The position numbers were made by a program, and so were the translations under genes. From Chloroflexota bacterium (GTDB lineage Bacteria > Chloroflexota > Limnocylindria > QHBO01), in contig JBBDRZ010000007.1 in assembly GCA_040905185.1 (NCBI GenBank), positions 408,206 through 472,205 on the forward strand: DNA of 64,000 nucleotides. Direction: 5' to 3'. The notes under the pieces were generated by a model. It saw nothing but the letters and a program-made list of their open reading frames with translations, was not told the DNA's origin and searched no databases. Shown piece after piece: positions 48,837 through 57,875 of this stretch. The first letter of the stretch is position 1. Each line of letters opens with the position of its first letter.

Positions 48837-50995
48837 CCGCAGATCCGGCGCGCGTCGGGCGCGTATGGCTTCCACGCCTGAATCGGTCCGACCCGTTCCT
48901 GATCATGCTGGCCGTGCTCGGCGGGCTGGTCGTGGTGATGGCGTCGACCTCCCTGGGCAGCGGCGACTACGGCCAGTGGTTGATGGCTGCGCGGCCGTTC
49001 AACGGTCTCAGCATGCCTGACTACCGAGCTGCATCTGCCGTGCCGCCTGTCGTGCCCTTCCTGCTCGCACTGCTCGTGAGCGTCGTGGGCGATGCGCTTG
49101 TCGCCATTCGGCTATTCGCGGTGCTCATCCTCTGCGCGCTGGGCGCGAGCGCGTACGTCGCCGCCGCGACCCTGTTTCGCTCGCGAAGGGCGGGACTGCT
49201 GGCCACCGTGCTGGCCCTGGTGGTCGTTGATCAGTTTCTGGACCTCCTCGCGTTCGGCGGTCTGCTGCAGGCCACCGCCATCGTCTTCGCCTGGCTCACC
49301 GTAGCCGCCTACTTCCGCGCCGCGCATGGCTCACAGCCGGCGTGGGTGTGGTGGACCGTCGGTGCCGGATGCGTGGGTCTGACCGCGCTGACACACATGG
49401 GAACGGCATACATCCTCGTGCCCACCGGGTGCGCGGTCGCGATCATCGCCGCGCGGCACGCTGGGTCGAGTCGATCGGAGCGCCTCATCCGCTTGGCGCC
49501 CCTCGGCTTCGTCCTGCTGGGTGCGATGGTGTTCTGGATCGTGGTCTTGCTGCCGGGCGGCACCGACCTGATCCGCAACCCCGCCAGCCTCGACTACCGA
49601 GGCCCGGACCGGCTGATCGATAACCTGACCGGGTACTGGCCGACGGCTCTGGTCGCCGTCGGCGGTCTGGCGGCCGTCGTCCTCGGCTCGTTGCTCGAGC
49701 GTATTCGAGGGCGAAACGGGCCATGGATCGTGCTGGCCACCTGGACCGCCATCACGCTGGCGGTACTGTTGGCCGCGGTGCTGACCCGCGCCGCGACCGA
49801 CTACCCGCGGTTTGCGACACCCGTCTTGGCGCCACTGGTGATCGGCGCCGCAGGGGCAGTGTCGGTCGCCATGCGCATCGTCAGTGGCTGGCTCGCGACC
49901 AGCACCCGATGGGGCACCGCGCTCGGATGGTCGCAAGCAGCCCTCGTCGCCGTGGTCGTCGTCGGCGCGCCCCTGGCCGTAGACAGGTTCAAGACCGAGG
50001 CGAACGGCTATCAGCTTCGGGATGCCGCCAGCCTCAGCCAAGCCGTGTCCTGGATGGATGCCAACCTGAGCCCACAGGCAACAGTGCTGGCGCCGGTCCG
50101 CGAGGCCAAGTGGATCGAGGGCTTGACCGGTCGTGCGGCCCTGTTCAGCAACGCATTTCGCTACAGCTTCCGCGCCGAGGAGTGGCAGCGCAGCCTGGCC
50201 GCCGACTCGCTGCTCCGTAGCAGCGGAGCCCTCGTCAATCAGTTCTTCTTCGCCCGTCTCACGGCCGATGGCAGCGATCCGTTCGCGGCGCGTGGGCTCG
50301 TTGTCGCCGCGAACCACGGCGGCGAGTACCTCGACCTGCTCACCACGGTTCCTGGCCGCACCCGGATCCTTGGTGCTGCTTCCGACCAACCCATACTGGC
50401 AACGCTTGCGAACCTGGCCCCGGCCGGCAGGGAGGTGACCATCACCCCGGCCGAGCTGCAGGTTACGACCAGCTGGACCGGTGAGCGCCAGGGCGTGCCG
50501 GTGACCTATCGCCAGTCGGTGATGCTGCGGCAGGATTCATCGGTTCTTGATCTGCGCCTGTCCATCGAGACGACCTTGCCGGTGGAGGGTCTGCAGTTCG
50601 AGCTGCGGCCGGCTGCCGGGATCCGGAGCAGCGAGGTCAACGTCGACGGACAAGTGGCCACGATCTCGTTCATCCGGATCGGGTCTGGCGAGCCGCAGCT
50701 CCGGGTGGTCCTTGCCGGGAGCGAGGGCGTCCTACGGCCGACCGCGACTGGTGGGTTGCGCATCCGGTCCAGCGAGACACAGGTGCGCGTGTTGATCACC
50801 GATCTCACGGCCGCCAGCTCGCCCAGCGTCCAGCTTCAATGGCTCGACCCCGAGCAGCTCATCGAGCGCTACGGCGTGCAGGCTGTGCTCCTCGCGCGAG
50901 ATCCGACCCTGGACGGGCGCCGCGCCCGAATGGAGGCGCTCGACTTCCAGTTGGTCGGGGATTACGGGACATACGTGTTGTTGGTGCGGCCGTGA
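48827..50995 (+). CDS. Large polytopic membrane protein with a C-terminal extracytoplasmic domain (possible GT-C-type glycosyltransferase)
   Basis: The ATG at 48827 overlaps the upstream gene by 10 nt. About 12 predicted TM helices in the first ~400 aa are followed by a ~320-aa soluble domain. The family call is tentative. Confidence 0.6.
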   Translation: MALTADPARVGRVWLPRLNRSDPFLIMLAVLGGLVVVMASTSLGSGDYGQWLMAARPFNGLSMPDYRAASAVPPVVPFLLALLVSVVGDALVAIRLFAVLILCALGASAYVAAATLFRSRRAGLLATVLALVVVDQFLDLLAFGGLLQATAIVFAWLTVAAYFRAAHGSQPAWVWWTVGAGCVGLTALTHMGTAYILVPTGCAVAIIAARHAGSSRSERLIRLAPLGFVLLGAMVFWIVVLLPGGTDLIRNPASLDYRGPDRLIDNLTGYWPTALVAVGGLAAVVLGSLLERIRGRNGPWIVLATWTAITLAVLLAAVLTRAATDYPRFATPVLAPLVIGAAGAVSVAMRIVSGWLATSTRWGTALGWSQAALVAVVVVGAPLAVDRFKTEANGYQLRDAASLSQAVSWMDANLSPQATVLAPVREAKWIEGLTGRAALFSNAFRYSFRAEEWQRSLAADSLLRSSGALVNQFFFARLTADGSDPFAARGLVVAANHGGEYLDLLTTVPGRTRILGAASDQPILATLANLAPAGREVTITPAELQVTTSWTGERQGVPVTYRQSVMLRQDSSVLDLRLSIETTLPVEGLQFELRPAAGIRSSEVNVDGQVATISFIRIGSGEPQLRVVLAGSEGVLRPTATGGLRIRSSETQVRVLITDLTAASSPSVQLQWLDPEQLIERYGVQAVLLARDPTLDGRRARMEALDFQLVGDYGTYVLLVRP

Positions 50996-52026
50996 CCGCG
51001 CCGCCTCACCCGCCGACCGTTCTCCCGGAACCGATCCTGGTGGTCGGCGGCTACGGCTACCGGAACGTCGGTGACGAGGCGATCCTGGCCAGCCTGCTGC
51101 GGACCCTGGAGGGGCGGCGAGTGACCGTCGTTTCGCGCCTGCCCGCCGAGACGGCGGCGATGCACGAGGTCCGAGCCGTCCCCATCACCGCGGCAGCAGG
51201 CGAGCTCCTCAGCCACCGGACGCTGGTCATCGGCGGCGGCGGCTTGTTCGGCGCGGACATGGGGCTGGTCGGCCGACTGCTGCCAGCGTACGGTCTGGCA
51301 GCCTCCGTGATCGGCGTCACGGTGGTGCTGCACGGCGTGGGTGTCGACCGAGCCCTCCCCGCTACCACGGCATTCGCGCTGCGGCACCTCGCCCGGCGCT
51401 CGGCCCAGGTCCTGGTTCGCGATCGACGCTCGGCGGAGGTGCTGCGCGATTGGGGGGTGGACGCCGCGATCGGCCCCGACCTGTCAGCCTGGCTGCCGGC
51501 GGCCCCTCCCGCCGTTGGCGCCGCCCTGCTGCGATCCGCGGGGCTTGACCCCCGGCGACCGATCGTGGGACTGAGCCTGACCGCGGTGAATCCGGAGGTG
51601 GCCGGGGCGGTGCTGGACGTGGTCGAGGAATGCATCGACGCGCTTCCCGAGCTGCAGTTCTGCTTCATCCCGATGAGCCAGCACCCGTTCGTGGCCGGGC
51701 ACAACGACCTCCTCATGGCCCGCCAGCTCCAGGCGCGTCAGCCGCGCCTCCGCGTCCTCGAGGGCACCCCTCATCCGGCGCAGGTCCTGGCGGCCTTCGG
51801 GCACCTGGCCGCCGCGGTGTGCATGCGTTACCACAGCCTCCTGTTCGCGACTCGGGCTGGCGTCCCCACCATCCCCATCGCCTACGCGGACAAGTGCCGG
51901 ACCTGGCTGGCCGAGCGCGGCGAGACCGCGGTCGAACCTGGCGCGGCCGCGCTCATCGGTCACATCCGGCGTCTGGTGCCGGTCCGCAAAGCGGCCTCAG
52001 TGCCGGTCCGCAAGGCTGCCTCGTGA
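50992..52026 (+). CDS. Polysaccharide pyruvyl transferase family protein
   Basis: GTGA overlap with the upstream stop. ILVVGGYGYRNVGDEAILASLL.., RYHSLLFATRAGVPTIPIAY. Confidence 0.7.
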   Translation: MTAPPHPPTVLPEPILVVGGYGYRNVGDEAILASLLRTLEGRRVTVVSRLPAETAAMHEVRAVPITAAAGELLSHRTLVIGGGGLFGADMGLVGRLLPAYGLAASVIGVTVVLHGVGVDRALPATTAFALRHLARRSAQVLVRDRRSAEVLRDWGVDAAIGPDLSAWLPAAPPAVGAALLRSAGLDPRRPIVGLSLTAVNPEVAGAVLDVVEECIDALPELQFCFIPMSQHPFVAGHNDLLMARQLQARQPRLRVLEGTPHPAQVLAAFGHLAAAVCMRYHSLLFATRAGVPTIPIAYADKCRTWLAERGETAVEPGAAALIGHIRRLVPVRKAASVPVRKAAS

Positions 52027-52961
52027 CGGCGCGCAACCTGGCCCGCTGGGGGATCGGGATCGTGATCCTGGTGGCCTTGGTCCTGACCTTCGATGCGACC
52101 GGCATCGGTGCCCGGTTGGCCGACGCCAGCCTGCCGTTGGTGGCGTTCGGGGTCGTCGGCCTGTCGTCGCTGCACCTGCTCGGGGCCGCCACCTGGCGAA
52201 CCCTGGCGCGACGCCTGGTCGGTCTCCGTCTCGACTGGTGGCCGACCGTCCGCCTCTACTACGCGGCGCAGGCGGTGGGCGGGTTCACGCCCGCCAACCT
52301 CGGGAGCGATGCCTACCGGGTGGTCGCCGTGCGCGGCTCGGGGGAGGGTGTCCGGACCGCGGTCCTGCCGATCGTGGTCCAGCGTGCAACGAGCTACCTG
52401 GCGGTGAGCCTCGTGGGCGCGGCTGCGCTGCTCATCGCATCCCGACCGACGGACTTCGCTTTTGGGCTGACCATCGGCGCGGTGGCCCTGGCCGGGGTCG
52501 CTCTCGGCGTCGCCAGTCTGGTATCAGTCGGTCCGGGCCGGCTGCGGCCCCTGCGCGACCGGCTGCTCGGCCCGGATGCGCCTGACCGCCGGCGGTTGGC
52601 GGGCGCGGTGGGCATCGGTCTGGCGCTCGGGGTCCTCTTCCATGCCATGGGGGTCGGCCTGACCTTCCTCGTGGTCCTGTCGGTCGACCCCGGCGCGGCG
52701 TCGCTTGCGGCGCTGGCCGCGGTGGCGGTGGCCCGAGTCAGTCTCCTGATCCCGCTTACGCCGAGTGGCCTCGGGGTCCAGGAGGCCGCTCTGGCGTTGC
52801 TGTTCGTCGGCATCGGGCTACCGGCCGAATCGGCGATCGCGGCTTCTCTGCTGGCCCGTCTGTCGCTGGTACTGACCGCGGCAATCGGTGCCGCAGTGCT
52901 CCTGCTGCCGGCCGGCCAGGCGGCGATCGCGGGAGGTACCGCCAGCGCGGGTCGGCGCTAG
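52023..52961 (+). CDS. Flippase-like / lysylphosphatidylglycerol-synthase-TM-region family membrane protein
   Basis: GTGA overlap with the upstream stop. There are 8 or more TM helices, and TPANLGSDAYRV and LIPLTPSGLGVQEAAL are present. Confidence 0.65.
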   Translation: MTARNLARWGIGIVILVALVLTFDATGIGARLADASLPLVAFGVVGLSSLHLLGAATWRTLARRLVGLRLDWWPTVRLYYAAQAVGGFTPANLGSDAYRVVAVRGSGEGVRTAVLPIVVQRATSYLAVSLVGAAALLIASRPTDFAFGLTIGAVALAGVALGVASLVSVGPGRLRPLRDRLLGPDAPDRRRLAGAVGIGLALGVLFHAMGVGLTFLVVLSVDPGAASLAALAAVAVARVSLLIPLTPSGLGVQEAALALLFVGIGLPAESAIAASLLARLSLVLTAAIGAAVLLLPAGQAAIAGGTASAGRR

Positions 52962-53009
52962 ATCAGACCCGGCCACGTCGTATCGGTTCGCGGGCGCTAC
53001 CCTGTCGCC

Positions 53010-53669
53010 GTGCGGGCGCTCATCTTCGACCTGGACGGAACCCTCATCGACACGGTCTATGCCCACGTGTTCGCCTGGCAGCGCGCGCTGGCCGAGGCCG
53101 GGATGCCCATCGAGGGCTGGCGGATCCATCGGCGGATGGGGATGAGCGGCGGGCTGTTCACGCGGGCCGTGGCCCGCGAGCTGGGGCGCCCGCTCAGCGA
53201 CCAGGAAATCGAGGACGTCCAGCAGCGCCATGGCCAGCTGTTTCGCGAGCAGCTGGCCGAGCGGCGGCCGTTGCCGGGAGCGGTGGACCTGCTTCGCCAC
53301 TTGCGCGAGGCCGGCGTGCCGTACGGGATCGCCACCTCCGGGCGGCGGCCGGAGATCGACGACTCGCTCGAGGCGCTAGGCGTGGGCGAGGGCGTGGTTG
53401 TCGTGGAGCGCGGCGATGTCTTGCGCGCCAAGCCGGAACCTGACCTGTTCCTGGCCTGTCAGGAGCGGATGGGGGTCCAGATCCGCGACGTGACCGTTGT
53501 CGGCGACGCGGTGTGGGACCTGTTGGCCGCGCGACGGGCCGGGATGCTGTCGGTCGGCCTGCTGACCGGGGGCTACGGGGAGGACGAGCTGGCGCAGGCC
53601 GGGGCGTTCCGCGTGTACCGCGACCCGGCCGAGCTGGACGCCTCGCTGGACGAGCTGGGGATCGGCTAG
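53010..53669 (+). CDS. HAD-superfamily hydrolase (phosphoglycolate-phosphatase-like)
   Basis: LIFDLDGTLIDT, IATSGRR, VVGDAVWDLLAARRAG. Confidence 0.85.
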   Translation: MRALIFDLDGTLIDTVYAHVFAWQRALAEAGMPIEGWRIHRRMGMSGGLFTRAVARELGRPLSDQEIEDVQQRHGQLFREQLAERRPLPGAVDLLRHLREAGVPYGIATSGRRPEIDDSLEALGVGEGVVVVERGDVLRAKPEPDLFLACQERMGVQIRDVTVVGDAVWDLLAARRAGMLSVGLLTGGYGEDELAQAGAFRVYRDPAELDASLDELGIG

Positions 53670-53709
53670 GGACGCGGCGTCACGGCCTGATTAGAGAGGT
53701 AGCGACCGC

Positions 53710-55464
53710 ATGAGCCCGCGACCAGACAGCCGCACGCGCCCGTGCAACGTCCTCGTCATCGGGACCGGCGGGGCCGGCCTCAGAGCCGCGATTGCGGCCC
53801 GCCAGGCCGGCGTCGACGTCGTGGTCATCGGCAAGCGGAGCCGACTGGACGCCCATACCGTGCTCGCCGCCGGTGGGATCAATGCCGCGCTTGGCACTGT
53901 TGACCCGGAGGACTCGTGGCAGCAGCACTTCGCAGACACCATGCGCGAGGGCTATTACCTGAGCGATCCGCGCGTGGTCGAGATCATGACCCGTGAGGCA
54001 CCGGCGGCAATCAATGAGCTGGCTGACTGGGGCTGCCCGTTGGCCCGCACCAGCGACGGCAGGCTTGACCAGCGCTTCTTTGGCGCCCACACGTACCGGC
54101 GCACCTGCTACGCCGGGGACTACACCGGGCGGGCTGTCCTTTCTACGCTGGCCGAACAAGTGCAGAAGCTGGATATCCCGGTGATCGAGGACCAGTACGT
54201 CTCGCGCCTGCTCACCGCCGACAGCCAGTGCTTCGGCGCGCTGGCGTTCGATCTCCACACCGGGGATCGCACGGTCTATGAAGCCGATGCGGTCGTGGTG
54301 TGCGGCGGTGGGCATACACGCATCTGGCGTCGCAGCTCTTCGCGGCGCGACGAGAACTACGGCGAGGGTATGTGGCTCGCATTCCAGGCCGGGGCACGGC
54401 TGATGGACATGGAGCTCGTCCAGTTCCATCCCACCGGGATGCTGCTGCCCGAGGAGGCCGCCGGAACCCTGGTCACCGAGGCCGTGCGGGGCGAGGGCGG
54501 GCGGCTGTACAACGCCAAAGGCGAGCGCTTCATGCAGCGCTACGACCCGCAGCGGATGGAGCTGGGCAGTCGCGACCGCGTCGCCCTGGCCAACTACACC
54601 GAGATCAAGGAAGGTCGGGGCGGTCCCAACGGCGGCGTCTTCCTCGACGTGACCCACCTCGGCAAGGACGTCATCCTCGAAAAGCTGCCGCGAATGTACC
54701 GCCTATTCGTGGAGTATCAGATGCTCGACATCGCCAAGGAGCCGATGGAGGTCGCGCCCACGGCTCACTACTCGATGGGCGGGATCGTGGTCGACCCGCC
54801 GACCCACGCCACCGAGGTTCACGGACTATGGGCCGCTGGCGAGTGCACGGCGGGACTACACGGCGCCAATCGGCTGGGTGGCAACTCGCTGGTGGACACC
54901 TTGGTGTTCGGGCGTCGTGCCGGTGAGGCAGCGGCGCGATTTTCGCTGGAACGCGAATCGCAACTGCGCGCCAAACGAGTCGTCGAGGAGGCACACGCCT
55001 ACCTCGACAGCATGATCCACAAGGGGACCGAGCTCAGCCGGGCAGTACAGCGCGAGATCAGGAACCTGATGTGGGATTACTGCGGTGTGGTACGTGAAGC
55101 CGGCGACATGGAGCGAGCCCTCGGGATGCTGGACGAGGTCCGCTCGACGCTGCCGAGCGTCGACGTGCGGCCCAGCGAGGAGGGTTGGGGCGACCTGGCC
55201 CACATCCTCGACGTGGAGGCGATGCTGGGCACCGCCGAAGCCACCCTGCGGGGGGCGATCGCGCGCGAGGAGACCCGTGGGGCCCACAACCGCTCGGACT
55301 TCCCGGATCTGGATCCCGAGATGGAGGTTAACTTCATCGTCGCGCGCGGCAGTGATGCCAGGATGACCCTCGAACCTGCATCCGTTCCGCTCGTCTCCGA
55401 CGAGCTGAGATCTTGGCTCCCGCGAGGTGGGGATCCAGAACCCGCGGGAAGGCTGTTGGAATAA
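53710..55464 (+). CDS. Orphan SdhA/FrdA/NadB-family FAD flavoprotein
   Basis: VLVIGTGGAGLRAAI, VQFHPTGM, RGEGGRLYNAKGERFM, APTAHYSMGGI. No Fe-S or membrane-anchor subunit genes are adjacent. Confidence 0.85.
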   Translation: MSPRPDSRTRPCNVLVIGTGGAGLRAAIAARQAGVDVVVIGKRSRLDAHTVLAAGGINAALGTVDPEDSWQQHFADTMREGYYLSDPRVVEIMTREAPAAINELADWGCPLARTSDGRLDQRFFGAHTYRRTCYAGDYTGRAVLSTLAEQVQKLDIPVIEDQYVSRLLTADSQCFGALAFDLHTGDRTVYEADAVVVCGGGHTRIWRRSSSRRDENYGEGMWLAFQAGARLMDMELVQFHPTGMLLPEEAAGTLVTEAVRGEGGRLYNAKGERFMQRYDPQRMELGSRDRVALANYTEIKEGRGGPNGGVFLDVTHLGKDVILEKLPRMYRLFVEYQMLDIAKEPMEVAPTAHYSMGGIVVDPPTHATEVHGLWAAGECTAGLHGANRLGGNSLVDTLVFGRRAGEAAARFSLERESQLRAKRVVEEAHAYLDSMIHKGTELSRAVQREIRNLMWDYCGVVREAGDMERALGMLDEVRSTLPSVDVRPSEEGWGDLAHILDVEAMLGTAEATLRGAIAREETRGAHNRSDFPDLDPEMEVNFIVARGSDARMTLEPASVPLVSDELRSWLPRGGDPEPAGRLLE

Positions 55465-55465
55465 C

Positions 55466-55521
55466 GCGCGTCCGGACCGGCCACCCTGGACGCGTCGCTC
55501 GACGAGCTGGGGATCGGCTGA
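55466..55521 (+). repeat. Duplicate of the last ~36-55 nt of the HAD gene, including a stop codon
   Basis: ctggacgcgtcgctcgacgagctggggatcggctga (55486-55521) versus ctggacgcctcgctggacgagctggggatcggctag (53634-53669) gives 4 mismatches in 36 nt. Weaker similarity extends ~20 nt upstream. Confidence 0.65.
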
Positions 55522-55522
55522 C

Positions 55523-56005
55523 TTAGCCCGTCTCACCCTCGTGCGTCCGCCGCAGCCGGCTGCCCACGCCGGATGCCACCCGGCGCGCGACCCGGCCAGC
55601 TCCCCGGGCCAGGATGCCCGCCCCGCGCCGCCCGAGCCGCAGACCGGTACGCCCCATCCACGCGTAGCAGGCGCGAATGGTCGCCAGGTCGTCCTGGATA
55701 TCGCCCGCCGCCAGATCGGCCGAGGCCAGCGCGGCCGCCCGCTCCGCCGGGGTCAGGCTCCGCAGCGCCAGGCTGAGGGCGAGCAGCACGGCCGCGGCGT
55801 CGTCAAGCTGGCCAGCCACCGGAATGAACCCCGGGACGAGATCGATCGGGGACAGGACGTAGATCACGGCCGCTGCCAGGGCCGCCCGACGCCGGCCGGT
55901 GACCTTCGGATGGCGGCTGAGGGCCCACGCCAGGCGGCCGTAGCGCGGCAGACGCCGGACAAGCGCCCCGAACCGTTGGCGCGGAAACGGATCGTCGGCG
56001 CTCAC
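55523..56005 (-). CDS. DUF1232 (YkvA-like) membrane protein
   Basis: AAAVIYVLSPIDLVPGFIPVAGQLDDAAAVLLAL. Confidence 0.7.
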   Translation of the reverse strand: MSADDPFPRQRFGALVRRLPRYGRLAWALSRHPKVTGRRRAALAAAVIYVLSPIDLVPGFIPVAGQLDDAAAVLLALSLALRSLTPAERAAALASADLAAGDIQDDLATIRACYAWMGRTGLRLGRRGAGILARGAGRVARRVASGVGSRLRRTHEGETG

Positions 56006-57057
56006 GGCTTCAGCTCCACCGGGATGATGGTCAGATCGCGAACCTCCCCGATGCGCAGGATACGGACCGGCAGCGGACGCCCGATCGTCTCGCCCACCAT
56101 CAGGCGCTGGAGGTCGCTCGCATCGCCCACCGGCTGACCGTCGACGTCGAGGACCAGGTCGCCGTCGCGCAGACCGGCTGCCTCGGCCGGGCTGTTGGGC
56201 ACGACCTCGGTCAGGCCGATCCCCGCCGCCCGATTCAGGGCCCGAGCCACGCGCGGCGGAAGCGGCCGGCGCATGCCGGCGATGCCCAGGAATGCGCGGC
56301 GGAAGCGCCCATCGCGCATGAGCGCACCGATGATCCGCCGGCTGGCGGCGTTGATGGGCACCGCCAGCCCGACACCGATGGCCGCGACTGCGGTGTTGAT
56401 TCCCACCACCTGACCGTTGGCATCCGCCAGCGCCCCGCCGGAGTTGCCGGGGTTCAGGGCGGCATCGGTCTGGATGACGTTCTCGACGATGCGAGTCGCA
56501 CTGCCGGTGCCGGTCGGCAGTGAGCGCCCCAGGGCGCTGACCACCCCCGCCGTCACCGAGCCCGCCAGTCCCAGCGGGGAACCGACCGCCACCACCAGCT
56601 GGCCCACCCGGAGCCGATCCGCATCCCCCAGCTCGGCGGCCTCGAGCCGGCCGCCGTCGACCCGGACGACAGCCATGTCGGACAGCGGGTCGCGGCCGAC
56701 GATCTCGATCGGCAGCTCGCGCCCGTCGGAGAAGGCGGCCACCCCCTCGCGCGCGCCTGCCAGGACGTGGGCCGAGGTCAGGATGTACCCGTCCTGGCTG
56801 ACCACCACGCCGGAGCCGAGACCGGCCCGATCCCGCCGGGCGCTCGCGCGTCCCACCCGGAGCAGGACGACCTGGCGCAGAAGCCGCTCCGCGACCGCGG
56901 TCACGATGCGTGAGTAGGCATCGAGCGGGTCGGTGTCAGCGTCCGGGGGAGTCGCTTGCGACGCAGGCTGGCTGGCGTCGATCGCGTCGCCCACCAGTCG
57001 GAGTCGGGGCGCGGAACGGCCGGGCGCGGAACGGCCGGGGGTGGAGCGTGGCGGCAT
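56002..57057 (-). CDS. htrA: HtrA/DegP-family trypsin-like serine protease with a PDZ domain
   Basis: GSGVVVSQDGYILTSAHV, DMAVV, NPGNSGGAL, and a C-terminal PDZ (GIGLTEVVPNSPAEAAGLRDGDLVL). Start taken at ATG 57057 to avoid overlap with the permease stop (the ORF track goes to 57087). Confidence 0.85.
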   Translation of the reverse strand: MPPRSTPGRSAPGRSAPRLRLVGDAIDASQPASQATPPDADTDPLDAYSRIVTAVAERLLRQVVLLRVGRASARRDRAGLGSGVVVSQDGYILTSAHVLAGAREGVAAFSDGRELPIEIVGRDPLSDMAVVRVDGGRLEAAELGDADRLRVGQLVVAVGSPLGLAGSVTAGVVSALGRSLPTGTGSATRIVENVIQTDAALNPGNSGGALADANGQVVGINTAVAAIGVGLAVPINAASRRIIGALMRDGRFRRAFLGIAGMRRPLPPRVARALNRAAGIGLTEVVPNSPAEAAGLRDGDLVLDVDGQPVGDASDLQRLMVGETIGRPLPVRILRIGEVRDLTIIPVELKP

Positions 57058-57062
57058 GGTGA

Positions 57063-57854
57063 CTACTCCTGGCGGTTGAAGCCCCACACCGCCGCGCCAA
57101 GCAGGACGATGGCGAAGGCCGCCATCAACGCCACCTCCTCGGGCAGGGTCATGATGTGGCCGCCCACGGTAACGCCCAGTGACGCGGCAGCGTCGCTGCC
57201 CAGGAACACCTGGCGGATGGCGTCCACCCCATACGTCAGCGGGTTGAACTTGCTGAGGACCTGGAGCCAGTCGGGCGCCTGGTTGACCGGGAAGAAGACC
57301 CCGGCCAGGAAGATGAGCGGGAAGATCAGGAGCTGGATGATGAGCTGGAAGCCCTGCTGCGAGCGCATGAAGCTGGCGACCAGGATCCCCAGCCCGGACA
57401 GGGCGATGGACAGCACGAAAACGACCGGGACGAGGAGGGCCACCATCCCGACATCCAGGTCGACGCCGACGACGGGCGCGATGAGCAGCATCAGGAACAC
57501 CTGGAGCACGGCCACCACGCAGGCGCCGATCGCCTTGCCCAGCACGATCCCGGCCCGCCCCAGGGGCGCCACCAGCAGCTCGCGCAGGAAGCCGAACTCG
57601 CGGTCCCAGACCACGCTGACCCCGGCAAACAGCGAGGTCGTCAGCACGCCCATGGCGATGATCCCGGGGTACATGAACTGGATGAAATCCACCCCCGGCG
57701 CCAGCGAGCCGATCAGGTTCCCGAAGCCGGCCCCGAAGATGACCAGGAACAGCAACGGCTGGGCGAATGAGCCCACGAGCCGCGACCTCTCGTTGACGAA
57801 GCGCAGCAGCTCGCGGTAGGACACGACCCAGGTCCCGCGCCAGATCTCGGTCAT
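57063..57854 (-). CDS. ABC-2 type transporter permease
   Basis: 263 aa, six TM helices, YRELLRFVNERSRLVGSFAQPLLFLVIFG. Confidence 0.85.
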   Translation of the reverse strand: MTEIWRGTWVVSYRELLRFVNERSRLVGSFAQPLLFLVIFGAGFGNLIGSLAPGVDFIQFMYPGIIAMGVLTTSLFAGVSVVWDREFGFLRELLVAPLGRAGIVLGKAIGACVVAVLQVFLMLLIAPVVGVDLDVGMVALLVPVVFVLSIALSGLGILVASFMRSQQGFQLIIQLLIFPLIFLAGVFFPVNQAPDWLQVLSKFNPLTYGVDAIRQVFLGSDAAASLGVTVGGHIMTLPEEVALMAAFAIVLLGAAVWGFNRQE

Positions 57855-57875
57855 CGGCTCATCCTGGTCATCGGT

